In this document: positions 37,851 through 46,826 of the stretch, one piece after another
Layout: the number at the start of each line of letters is the position of its first letter
Numbering within the stretch: the stretch's first letter is position 1
Source: an uncultured bacterium
GTDB lineage: Bacteria > Krumholzibacteriota > Krumholzibacteriia > LZORAL124-64-63
Length of the DNA: 64,000 nucleotides
Reading direction: 5' to 3'
NCBI GenBank assembly: GCA_963727525.1
Contig: CAVSGO010000002.1
Span: 1 to 64,000, forward strand
Position numbers and translations under genes: made by a program
Notes under the pieces: model-generated
Database searches by the model: none
What the model was told of the DNA's origin: nothing
The model's input: the letters and a program-made list of their open reading frames with translations, nothing else

Positions 37851-39014
37851 CTAGCCCGCGTGGCGGGCGAGGTAGCCGAGGATACGGCCGCTCGTGCGCA
37901 CGCGTTGCAAGATCATGCGTAGGCGGCGGGCCGCGCTGTCGAGTTGCTCGGGGGGACAGCCGGCCATGAACATGGCGTCGGCGTCGGGTACGAGGAAGCG
38001 CCGCACCTCGCGCGCGCGCTGGCGCGGAGGCGTGCACAGCCAGTGCAGGAGATGCTCATAGCCCTCCTGGTGCACACCGCGCTGGGTGAGGCAACCGGCG
38101 GCGATGTCGAGTCGATCGATCACCCGGCGCGTGCGGATCGACGGGCGGCACGTCCGGCCCACGATCGCCGGCATCGCGATGCCGGTGATCTCCTCGCGGA
38201 TGCGGTACTGCAGCCACAGACCGGTGTCCAGTCCGCTGGCGATTGCGCGGTCGGCGAGACACTGCCGATCCACGTCGCTGAGCTCCGCTTCGAGAAGATG
38301 CAGGTCGAGGATCCGCCGCAGATCGCTGAATCCCGCGGCGATGCTCTGCAGCACGCCATGGAGGATCTGGTCGACGGCCGACGGCGCCATGAGGGTGGCG
38401 CGCCCCATGGGGATGGGCCGGGCCTCCCGACGCATGGCCTCGAGATCGTACTTGTAGACCGAATGCGGCAGCGTGAGCGCCCAGTGCACCTCGAGGAAGA
38501 TCCCGTGCGGACTGCGCAGGATGCGATGGAAGTGGTGCTCGTCATACGAGCGGGCCAGGGCAGCGCTGCCCTGGCGCCGGTAGCCGAGGCGCTCGAGGGC
38601 GTCATACGCGGTGGGCAGCTCGTCGCGCCGTAGCAGGATGTCCAGGTCCATGAACCAGCGGTCTTCCGGCCGCGCGTAGGTGCCGAGCGCGAGCGCCGCG
38701 CCCTTGAGCACCACGGGCGTGCACGAGACCTCGTCGAGGGCAGGGAGGATCCGTTCCAGCTCGAGCAGCATCCAGGTGGTGCGCTGGCGCGCCAGCGCGA
38801 GCGCCCGCTGCAGGCGCTCCCATTCCGACTCCGGCAGCGCCCGGCGGTCCACGTGAGGGGCCAGGGCCGAGGCGGCTGGGTGGCTGGCGAGCAGGCGCAG
38901 GAAGCGGTCGGGATCCAGGTCCGGCGGTGGCACCACCGGTACCTGCGACTTCGCGACCCAGGCGCGAACGAGGTCGCCGAGGTAGTGGGTCTCGTGATCG
39001 AGAACGTTGGCCAA
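37851..39014 (-). CDS. Nucleotidyltransferase family protein (NTP_transf_5-like)
   Basis: VVLKGAALA...Y..P..R..MDLDIL, LEVHW, RRILDL. Confidence 0.85.
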   Translation of the reverse strand: MANVLDHETHYLGDLVRAWVAKSQVPVVPPPDLDPDRFLRLLASHPAASALAPHVDRRALPESEWERLQRALALARQRTTWMLLELERILPALDEVSCTPVVLKGAALALGTYARPEDRWFMDLDILLRRDELPTAYDALERLGYRRQGSAALARSYDEHHFHRILRSPHGIFLEVHWALTLPHSVYKYDLEAMRREARPIPMGRATLMAPSAVDQILHGVLQSIAAGFSDLRRILDLHLLEAELSDVDRQCLADRAIASGLDTGLWLQYRIREEITGIAMPAIVGRTCRPSIRTRRVIDRLDIAAGCLTQRGVHQEGYEHLLHWLCTPPRQRAREVRRFLVPDADAMFMAGCPPEQLDSAARRLRMILQRVRTSGRILGYLARHAG

Positions 39015-39127
39015 CGAGGTCTCCCCTCTCGCCGGATCGGCAGGGGCTCAATGTTGCATCCGGGGCGGTCGAAGTCCACTATGACTTCGCACACGATATC
39101 GGTCGTATCAAGCCCGGGGTTGACGAT

Positions 39128-39613
39128 TTGGTTGACGACAGCGCCCGTTCCGAAGCCGCGTTCGCCTGGTGGCAGCTCTACAAGCAACGTCTCGGACCCG
39201 ACGAGCGGGTCACGTTGACGATGCTCTCCGGTAGCATGGCGCCCGTGCTCCCGGTGGGCGCCACCATCACCATCGCCGGAGTTCGGCCGGGCGAGTGCCG
39301 GGTGGGCGACATCGTGGTGTTCCGCGAGGGCGAGCGGCTCGTATCCCACCGCCTGGTTGCGGGCTTGTCTTTCGGGCGGCATGGTGTTTTTCTTCAGGCT
39401 GGCGACAGCGTCTCGCGGCCCGGCTGGCTACGATCCGATGCGATCGTCGGCCTGGTCACGGCTGTTTGCCGTCTTGAAAACGAGTTTCGGGATCTTCGTA
39501 CGCCCCAAGCCCGGCACGACGCGCGGCGCCAGGCCCGATACCGGCTTCTCGGGTTGCTCAAGCAGCCTTTCTCGCCCCTGGCAAGGACGGTCCGGTCATG
39601 GCTTCGACGGTAG
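39128..39613 (+). CDS. S24/S26 family peptidase (signal-peptidase-like, Ser/His, no TM anchor)
   Basis: SGSMAPVL, GDIVVF...SHRL, AGD...IVGLV. Start uncertain (TTG 39128 assumed). Confidence 0.75.
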   Translation: MVDDSARSEAAFAWWQLYKQRLGPDERVTLTMLSGSMAPVLPVGATITIAGVRPGECRVGDIVVFREGERLVSHRLVAGLSFGRHGVFLQAGDSVSRPGWLRSDAIVGLVTAVCRLENEFRDLRTPQARHDARRQARYRLLGLLKQPFSPLARTVRSWLRR

Positions 39614-40452
39614 CCTCCGAATATCGGCTGCGTCTCGGGCGCGCGGTGGTCGCCTTCACCGGTATTTCGTCGGCGCTGGCCACAGAGTTGGCCGAGTGGT
39701 TCGATCGGGAATCGGATCCGGGCCCACCGGACCTGAGTCTTCGCCTGCGCGTGCGCAACGATGCCGAGCGCCCGGTGGTGCCCAACTCGCTGCTTGCGAA
39801 CAAGGAGGTCGACGGGTCGCGCTTCCGCATCGCTCACGGCCTCATCGCAGGTTCATGCGACGGCGCCGAGGGCGAACTCACCGTGCACGCGGTGCTGTTG
39901 CAGGGGCGCATGCGCCGGGTCTTCGAGCAGATCCTCTATCAAGCCTTCCGCACCGTGGCGGCGCGCAAGAGCTACGACGCCACGCTCGTGCACTCCTGCG
40001 GCGTGATCCGCAAAAACGAGGGGTACCTCTTCGTCGGACCTCCGGGGAGCGGCAAGTCCACCGTGGCGTCGCTCAGCCAGGCCCATCACGTGGTGAACGA
40101 CGAGATGCCTCTGGTGGAGTTCCGCGACGACGGCCCCTGGCTCGTGGGCACGCCGTTCAACGGCCTGTTCCGCGACAAGGCGCCGGGCGAGGCGCCTCTG
40201 CGCTCGATCATGCTCCTGGCCCACGGCCCGACGCACGTGCTCGCGCCGGTCGGGCCGGGCGAGGCCGCTGCGGCCATCGCCGCCGAGATCGCCCCCCCGG
40301 TGGGCCTCGGCGAGCTTGCCGACGGTCGCACGCCCCTGGCGATGCTGGAAACAGCCACGCGTCTCGCCATGGCGGTGCCGGTGTACCGTCTGATCTTCCG
40401 CCCTGATGAGGGATTCTGGTCCGTGATCACCGCCGGCAAGACGGCAAGCTGA
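39598..40452 (+). CDS. HPr-kinase-related P-loop kinase
   Basis: LVHSCGV...LFVGPPGSGKST...VVNDE...GTPFNG...L.F.PD..FW. Confidence 0.8.
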   Translation: MASTVASEYRLRLGRAVVAFTGISSALATELAEWFDRESDPGPPDLSLRLRVRNDAERPVVPNSLLANKEVDGSRFRIAHGLIAGSCDGAEGELTVHAVLLQGRMRRVFEQILYQAFRTVAARKSYDATLVHSCGVIRKNEGYLFVGPPGSGKSTVASLSQAHHVVNDEMPLVEFRDDGPWLVGTPFNGLFRDKAPGEAPLRSIMLLAHGPTHVLAPVGPGEAAAAIAAEIAPPVGLGELADGRTPLAMLETATRLAMAVPVYRLIFRPDEGFWSVITAGKTAS

Positions 40453-40463
40453 CGAGGTAGCGC

Positions 40464-40751
40464 ATGCCCGATCTGAAAACCATCCCCGCCCCCAACCCCG
40501 AGTACAGCGTACGCGTGGTCGGCGACGAGACCGTCTTCCTGGCGCCCGCCGGCGACCAGATCTACAGCCTCGACCCGGTCGGCACCTTCATCTGGCAACA
40601 AATCGACGGTACACGCACCCTCGCCGACATCCTCGCCGTCCTCGTCGACGCCTACGACGTCGATCAGGACGAGGCCCGCGTGGATCTCATCGAGTTCGTC
40701 AACGAGCTGGCCGGCCGCGGCCTCGTGTCGCTCGGCCCGCGCGGGAGCTGA
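40464..40751 (+). CDS. PqqD family protein (RiPP recognition element)
   Basis: YSLDPVGTFIWQQIDGTRTLADI...L...YDVD..EA..DL.EFV.EL...GLV; GAGG RBS. Confidence 0.92.
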   Translation: MPDLKTIPAPNPEYSVRVVGDETVFLAPAGDQIYSLDPVGTFIWQQIDGTRTLADILAVLVDAYDVDQDEARVDLIEFVNELAGRGLVSLGPRGS

Positions 40752-40758
40752 ACAACCG

Positions 40759-40786
40759 GCGTGGCGCTGAGCCTCTCGCGCCACGC
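40759..40786. terminator. Hairpin between convergent genes
   Basis: GCGTGGCGC...GCGCCACGC inverted repeat. Confidence 0.45.
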
Positions 40787-40797
40787 GCCCTCGGTGG

Positions 40798-41682
40798 TCA
40801 CGGCATCTTCAGCGTGGCGGTCACGGGGTAGTGGTCGGACGGCCAGTGCCCATCGCGGCTGGTATCGACGATCGCCGCCTGCAGCACGGCGACGTTCGGC
40901 GAGACGAGGATGGCATCGATGCGGCCGGTGGTGGGCGTGCCGGTGAAGGCGTGGAAGGTGCCGGTCGGGGCGTCGCCCCGAGGCGTGATGGTGGCGTAGG
41001 TCTCGGTGAGGCGTGGGAGGCCGTCGCCGTCACCCTCGCGCAGGATGCGGCCGGCAGCGTCTTCTTCGGTCGCCGGGATCTCCGTGTTGAAGTCGCCGGT
41101 GAGGATGATGGGGATGCCCTGCGCGAGGTCGATCGCTTTCTGCCGGACGAGCCGCGCCGACTGGCACCGCGCCTCCACGCCCACGTGATCCCAGTGGGTG
41201 TTCACGACGAGGAGCCGGCGGTCTTCGTGCTCGCGGTCGGCCAGGCGCGCCCACGTGGCCATGCGGCACAGCGCAGCGTCCCAGCCCTTGCTCGCCACCA
41301 CATCGGGCGTGGGACTGAGCCAGAAGTGTCCGGAGTCGATCACGTCGAAGCGCGCCGCGCGCACGAACACGGCGCACATCTCGCCACCGTCTTGGCCATC
41401 GTCGCGGCCGGCGGCGATGACGTGGTAATTCGGCAACGCATCGGCGACCGCGTCGCGCTGCATGGCGAGGCACTCCTGCGTGCCCAGGATGTCGGGGGCG
41501 AAGGTGGTGATGGTGGCGAGGAGGAGGTCCTTGCGATGCTCCCACGAGTCGGCGCCGTCGTCGGCCAGGCCATAGCGCAGATTGAAGGTCATGACGCGCA
41601 CGGGATCGTTCGCGTCGGCGGTGGCCTTGGTCGCCGTCGCTGACGTGGCGGCGAGGGCGAGCAGGAGCAGGAGGGCGGGCAT
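40798..41682 (-). CDS. Secreted endonuclease/exonuclease/phosphatase family protein
   Basis: Signal peptide; VMTFNLRY, GTQE, NTHWDH, GDFN, IDAI, SDHYPV. Confidence 0.92.
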   Translation of the reverse strand: MPALLLLLALAATSATATKATADANDPVRVMTFNLRYGLADDGADSWEHRKDLLLATITTFAPDILGTQECLAMQRDAVADALPNYHVIAAGRDDGQDGGEMCAVFVRAARFDVIDSGHFWLSPTPDVVASKGWDAALCRMATWARLADREHEDRRLLVVNTHWDHVGVEARCQSARLVRQKAIDLAQGIPIILTGDFNTEIPATEEDAAGRILREGDGDGLPRLTETYATITPRGDAPTGTFHAFTGTPTTGRIDAILVSPNVAVLQAAIVDTSRDGHWPSDHYPVTATLKMP

Positions 41683-41801
41683 CGCGCGGTCCTCTCGTTG
41701 AGGCGATCAGGTAGCGAGGGTTGAGAGCGGCGCCAGTGGCGCCGGCACCGATGGTGTTAGGCGTTACTATTAAACCGCTTACACGAATTCTCGCGTGACG
41801 G

Positions 41802-42119
41802 CTAGTCGTACAGCGCCTTCACCGCCGACCAGGTCGCACGCTCCGCCTCCACCGCGGGCTCGAGTCCGGTGAACCAGCAGGCGTAGTGGTACGACTGCGG
41901 GAGCGAGGCTCCGCCTCGCGAGCTGAAGACGGTCGGCATGACGACGATCCACATATGGTAGCTATCACCGTATGGCCCAACGGTCACGTGCCCGGTCTCG
42001 CAGGGGCCGGCCGTGTCCATGTCAGTCACGGCCAGACAGGAGCAGTCCTGGCACGGGTAAACAAGGTATGTGGCGAACTCGGCATCGCCCGTGACCTCGA
42101 CCGCTGCGCCGGCGCAAGT
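41802..42119 (-). pseudogene. Headless C-terminal module of a fourth array paralog (D)
   Basis: Open frame begins directly after the TAG of paralog C and aligns with the last ~105 aa of A-C (DAE..TY...QDC...AGPC...Y.C.F.GL); ends ATWSAVKALYD*. Confidence 0.7.
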
Positions 42120-43173
42120 CTACTCGAAGAGAGCCTTCACCCGCGACCACGACGTGGGTTCGACCGGATCCACGATGGTGAAGCCGCTGAACAGGCACAC
42201 GTAGTCGTACTCGGTATCCGCGCCCGGGGGCGGCGTGTGGGTCGCCGAGCCGACCCAGAACCAGATCGGCGCGCCCTGCGGATAGCCGGTGATCGTCATG
42301 TACGCTTCCTGGCAAGGGCCCGCGGTCGCCGTCTGGAGCACGCTCACGAGGGTGCAGTCCTGGGGGCCCAGTTCGTACATGGCCGTCTCATACTCGGCAT
42401 CGAGGGTGATGTCGATTGCGCCGGTAATACCCATGTCGAACGTGTACCAGTCGGTGTCGCGATAGTTCTGGCCTCCGTTGGACAGATACCAGCCGCTCGT
42501 GCCGCACACCGTGGCCGTGCCCTCCGCGTTGTGCGAACTCACGTGGAAGAACGGTTGCTCGTCCGTGTTGCAGCCACTATCGAAATGGTCCACGTAGCCA
42601 TCGTGCAGGGGGCTCGCCCTCGGGGACGCCATCGGAGGGGCATGTGAGGACACAGTCGGGGTGCTCCGCAACGTCCACGACGTAGTCGCCGAACGAGCCG
42701 CCGTAGCCGTCGATGACGATGAAGTAGGTCTCGCCGGCCGTGAGCCACACGCCATCCAGCTTGGAAGAATAACTGAAGCATGGCGGACCGAAGTAGAAGT
42801 CGTCGTTGCAAGCCACGAGGTTCAGTGCCGAGTCGTACATGAAGACCTTCGTGTCATAGCCGGAATCGCAGAGATCGACATCGATGGCGAGGTCGTTCGG
42901 CGGCGTGAAGGCGTAGGCGACGTCGGGCGACGTCGAACCGGTGTAAGGACAGGCTTCGTCGTAGTCGTTCGTGAAGCCGGCGGTCGTGCCGGTATCGGTG
43001 AACGGGAGCCCGGGGATCACGAACGCGTCGGCGAGCGTATCGCCGCCCTGGCGATCGACGGGGATGTTCTCGGGAGTCACCGTCGCCGGCTTCACCGGCG
43101 CCTGGTTGCCGAGATCCACGGCCAGGGCGCCGGTCGAGAGGGCCAGCACCGCCATGATCGACATCGTCTTCAT
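42120..43173 (-). CDS. Secreted array paralog C, frameshift in a G5 run at 42608-42612
   Basis: ORFs 42577..43173 and 42120..42755 together reconstruct a full paralog (RQGGDT...GEP/LHDGYVD...EPTSWSRVKALFE). Confidence 0.8.
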
Positions 43174-43213
43174 CGTCGATCTCCCCCTTATCGCCGGCCG
43201 GTGTCGGCACCAC

Positions 43214-44290
43214 TCATTCGAACAGTGCTTTCACCCGGGACCAGGACGTCGGTTCGACTGCGTCGACTTCCTCGAGGCCCGAGAAACTGCACACGTAGTC
43301 GTACTCGTTGCCGGTGTCGTAAGGCGGCGCGAAACCGGTGGGGCCTACCCAGAACCACACGTCGCCGCCCAGAGAGTAGCCGCCGATCATCATGGTCACT
43401 TCCAGGCACGGGCCGGCGGTGGCGGACTGGACGACGGCGACCGCGTCGCAGTTCTGGGGAAAGAGTTCGAACATCACCGTCGGCGACTCCGCATCGAGCG
43501 TGATGTGGATCGAGCCCGTGGGGCCCATGTGCAGGATAAACCAGTCGGTGTCGCGGTGGCCCACACCGTCGTTGTCGTCGTACCAGCCGCTCACGCCACA
43601 GAGCGTGGCCGTTCCGGGGGCGTTCGCGTCGCTCAAGATGGGGTAGAACGGATGGCCCGGTGCGTTGCAACCGCCGTTCCAGTAGTCGACGTAGCCGTCG
43701 ACGAGGGGCGGTTCGTCCTCGGGCACCCCGACGGCCGGACAGGTGATGTCGCAGGGCACGTACTCGTCGACATCCATGATGTACGGACCGTACGAGTCGC
43801 CGAATCCATCGACGACGATATGGTACGTCAGGCCCGCCTGCAGGGGCACGTTCTCCACCTTGGAGGCATACACGTAGCAGGGGGGGACGAAGTAATGGTC
43901 ATCGTTACAGGCGATGATGTGGAAATAGGGGTCATAGACGTAGACCTTCGTGTCGAAGCTCGAGTAGCAGAGGTCCACGTCGATGGCGACGTCGTGCGGC
44001 GGCATGAAGGCATAGACGACATCGGGCGCGGACGAATCGCCATACGGGCAGATGACGTCGTAATCATCGTGGTAGCCGGCCGTCGTGCCCGCGTCGCTGA
44101 ACGGCAGCGACGGGATGGGAAAGGCATCGGCCACCGTGTCGCCACCCTGACGTTCGACAGGGATGTTCTCCGGGACGACGGGCACCGCCTTCTTGGGTGC
44201 CGTGTCCCCGGGATCGAGGGCGAGGGCCGGCGTAGCGGGCGCCAGAACGAGAAGCATCGAGCCGAGAAAAAGCACGTTCGACCTGGTCAT
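43214..44290 (-). CDS. Secreted array paralog B
   Basis: Signal peptide; RQGGDT, CPY..S.APDV.Y, DLC.S.FDTK, ACNDD, GGCN, RDTDW, GPC; ends EPTSWSRVKALFE. Confidence 0.88.
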   Translation of the reverse strand: MTRSNVLFLGSMLLVLAPATPALALDPGDTAPKKAVPVVPENIPVERQGGDTVADAFPIPSLPFSDAGTTAGYHDDYDVICPYGDSSAPDVVYAFMPPHDVAIDVDLCYSSFDTKVYVYDPYFHIIACNDDHYFVPPCYVYASKVENVPLQAGLTYHIVVDGFGDSYGPYIMDVDEYVPCDITCPAVGVPEDEPPLVDGYVDYWNGGCNAPGHPFYPILSDANAPGTATLCGVSGWYDDNDGVGHRDTDWFILHMGPTGSIHITLDAESPTVMFELFPQNCDAVAVVQSATAGPCLEVTMMIGGYSLGGDVWFWVGPTGFAPPYDTGNEYDYVCSFSGLEEVDAVEPTSWSRVKALFE

Positions 44291-44360
44291 GAGCGTGTCC
44301 CCTGTTTCCGTCATTCTACCACGACACGGTCGGCGATTCCAGGGGCTCCGCCGGCGTACC

Positions 44361-44396
44361 AAGAACCGGGGCCGGCGCTTGCGCACCGGCCCCGGC
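44361..44396 (-). terminator. Rho-independent terminator after paralog A
   Basis: Minus strand GCCGGGGCCGGTGC-GCAA-GCGCCGGCCCCGG followed by TTCTT. Confidence 0.7.
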
Positions 44397-44426
44397 ATGA
44401 CCAGAAATCTGGTTCTCGAATCAGGC

Positions 44427-45485
44427 CTAGTTGAACAGGGCCTTCACGGTCGACCAGTTCGCGGGCTCGGTGGCCACATCGGGCTCGAGACCGGTGAAGC
44501 TGGCGACGTAGTTGTACTCGTTATCCGAACCGGACGGCGGTGCGAAGACCGTCGAACCGGTCCAGAACCACACAACCGAGCCCTCGGTGTAGCCGGTGAT
44601 CGTCATGTAGGCCTCGAGGCACGGGCCGCCGGTGGCCTGCTGAGCGACGGCGACGGAAGCGCAGTCCTGGGGGCTGAGCTCGAACATGTAGGTCGCCTGC
44701 TCGGCGTCCAGCGTCACGTCGATCGCGCCGGCCGGACCCATGGTGATGAGGTACCAGTCGGTGTCACGGTACTGCGCGCCACCCGGCGAGCTGTACCAGC
44801 CGCCAACGCCGCACAGGGTCAGGTTGCCGAAGTCGTCGGCCAGAATCGTCTGGAACGGGGTTCCGGCAGTGTTGCAGCCGCCGTTGTAGTGGTCCACGTA
44901 GCCGTCCTGCAGCGTGGGCTCGCCCTCGGCAACGCCGCCGGCCGGGCAATCGAGGACGCACGGGAAGTTCTCGACGACGTCCATGGCGTAGTCACCGAAC
45001 GAGCCGCCGTAACCGTCGACGATGATGTAGTAGGTCTGGCCGGCCGTCATGGCCACGGCCTCGACCTTCGAGGAGTACACGAAGCAAGGAGCGCTCAGGT
45101 AGAAGTCGTCGTTGCAGGCGACCAGCGCGAGCGAGCTGTCATACACGTAAACCTTCGTGTCGTAGCTCGAGTTGCACAGGTCGACGTCGACGGCGATGTC
45201 GGCGGCGGGAGTGAAGGAGTAGCACACGTCCGGCGCGGTCGAGCCGGTGTACGGGCAAGCCTCGTCGTAGTCGTTGACGTAGCCGGAGGTCGTGCCGCTG
45301 TCGTTGAACGGAATGCTCGGAATGACCATCGCGTCGAAGATGGTGTCGCCACCCTGGCGGTCGGCGTTGGGGACGTTCACGGGAACGACAGGATTGGCCT
45401 TGATCGGAGCCTGGTTGCCGAGATCGCTGGCGGCAGCAACGCCGACCAGGCCGAGAACCAGCGCGAGCACTAACAACTTCCGCAT
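44427..45485 (-). CDS. Secreted array paralog A
   Basis: GGGGAG RBS; MRKLLVLALVLGLVGVAAA signal; same motif set as B and C; ends ATEPANWSTVKALFN. Confidence 0.9.
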   Translation of the reverse strand: MRKLLVLALVLGLVGVAAASDLGNQAPIKANPVVPVNVPNADRQGGDTIFDAMVIPSIPFNDSGTTSGYVNDYDEACPYTGSTAPDVCYSFTPAADIAVDVDLCNSSYDTKVYVYDSSLALVACNDDFYLSAPCFVYSSKVEAVAMTAGQTYYIIVDGYGGSFGDYAMDVVENFPCVLDCPAGGVAEGEPTLQDGYVDHYNGGCNTAGTPFQTILADDFGNLTLCGVGGWYSSPGGAQYRDTDWYLITMGPAGAIDVTLDAEQATYMFELSPQDCASVAVAQQATGGPCLEAYMTITGYTEGSVVWFWTGSTVFAPPSGSDNEYNYVASFTGLEPDVATEPANWSTVKALFN

Positions 45486-45639
45486 GGTAGGGTCTCCCCT
45501 CTGGTGTTTTGTTTCCGGGCCCGGAAACACTGTTAATTTGGTGCGGGCGCGAGTGGGCGCCCTACCAAGACCTCAGGAACGTCGAGACGAGATGGTCGAC
45601 ATTTCCCGGCGTCTGATCGCGGAACCGCGGCACTTCAGG

Positions 45640-45800
45640 CATAAAAGATCAAATTAATCTTTTTGCCTGTTGCCACTATATTTTTCCGTTTCACCAGACA
45701 CAACGGAGATTCTAGCAGGAATTTTTCGAACTGTAAATACATAAAAATTTCAATGTGTTTGATTCTTTGCACTGCATGCCGATTGTGATTGACCAGTTTC
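45640..45800. promoter_or_regulatory. AT-rich upstream region of the paralog array
   Basis: AT-rich island with an AAAAGAT..ATCTTTT dyad near 45643-45664. Confidence 0.4.
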
Positions 45801-45852
45801 TTCAAGCTGCCTGCTTCCCGCGGTTTGCGGAATCGTGAGCGCCGGTGCCCAT

Positions 45853-45886
45853 GAGAAAGCGACCGCCCCACCTGGGAGCGGTCGCT
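45853..45886 (-). terminator. Rho-independent terminator after the Cys-rich protein gene
   Basis: Minus strand AGCGACCGCTCCCA-GG-TGGGGCGGTCGCT followed by TTCTC. Confidence 0.6.
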
Positions 45887-45915
45887 CTGTCGCGGATTCG
45901 ATCGTGGCGCGCGGA

Positions 45916-46614
45916 CTAGCTTTCCGTGGCGCCGGTCGTGGCGACCTTCGCCTTCGTGGTCTTCGCATCCCTGGTGCAGCCGGCCGCACCACCGGCGGGG
46001 CAGACCTTGCCGGCGCAACCGCCCGTGGCGGGGCAGCCGGTGCTGGCGAACTTGGCCCTGGCAGCGCTCACCTTGGCCTCGTAAGCGGCCTTCAGCGTGG
46101 CGGCATCCTTGCCGCAGCAGCCCTTACCTTCCTGGACCGCGGCAGCGCAGCACGGGTGCATCTCGTCGAGGGCGGCAAACTCGGCGCGGGCCTCGTTCAG
46201 CTTGCCCATGAAGGCCGCCTGGGTCGCCGCCACATCGTGGCCGCAGCACCCCTTGCCCGCCGCAGCCGCAGCGGAGCAGCACTCCGGCATCTCGGCGAGC
46301 ACCTTCTGCTCGGCACGCATCTCGACGTACTCGGCCTCGATCGCGGCCGCGTCCTTGCCACAACAGCCCTTGTGGTTCTTGGCGGCTTCGATGCAGCAGT
46401 CGTGCATCTGGACCGCTGCGAACCGTGCCGTGGCGCCCTCGGCCACGGTGCCGGCGGCATTGTCGGCGGTCTTGTCGCACGCGGCCGCGGCTTTGGCGCA
46501 GGTGCCGGCAGAAGCCGTCTTGACGGCTCCGGCCTTGTCGCACGCCCCTGCCTGGGTGGCGCCCAGCAGGGCCATCACGGCCAGGATGCTCAGGAGAACG
46601 GTGAATCGCTTCAT
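45916..46614 (-). CDS. Secreted Cys-rich repeat protein (3 x MxxCC-x8/9-CCGxD)
   Basis: GAGG RBS; signal MKRFTVLLSILAVMALLGATQAGA; 19 Cys including six CC pairs. Confidence 0.8.
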   Translation of the reverse strand: MKRFTVLLSILAVMALLGATQAGACDKAGAVKTASAGTCAKAAAACDKTADNAAGTVAEGATARFAAVQMHDCCIEAAKNHKGCCGKDAAAIEAEYVEMRAEQKVLAEMPECCSAAAAAGKGCCGHDVAATQAAFMGKLNEARAEFAALDEMHPCCAAAVQEGKGCCGKDAATLKAAYEAKVSAARAKFASTGCPATGGCAGKVCPAGGAAGCTRDAKTTKAKVATTGATES

Positions 46615-46826
46615 CTCGGTATCCTCTCTAGTGACGAACCCGCGGGGCGGGTCTGGCCTCACGGTGGGGACTTCGTTGTAGAATACAGGATAAAAAGACT
46701 AAATGAAACCTTGCGGGGGCGCAACCGGCACCGCATTGCCTGGCGTTGCATTGCCCCGGGCTGTCTGCCGTCGCATAATGACGGGAGCCGCCCGACCAGT
46801 GAGGTGCCGCATCGAAAGGTGCCGCC

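Noticed and set aside
39015-39127. RiPP precursor in the divergent gap of the PqqD cassette
   Set aside because: No independent short ORF with RBS or leader-like sequence visible.
4515-42122. Genome-wide TAG recoding suggested by two in-frame TAGs
   Set aside because: Many well-defined genes here end at TAG at their expected C-termini (e.g. 15164, 44427, 49615).
41802-45485. Diversity-generating retroelement or CRISPR explanation for the repeats
   Set aside because: No reverse transcriptase or cas genes; differences are not adenine-specific; no repeat-spacer periodicity.
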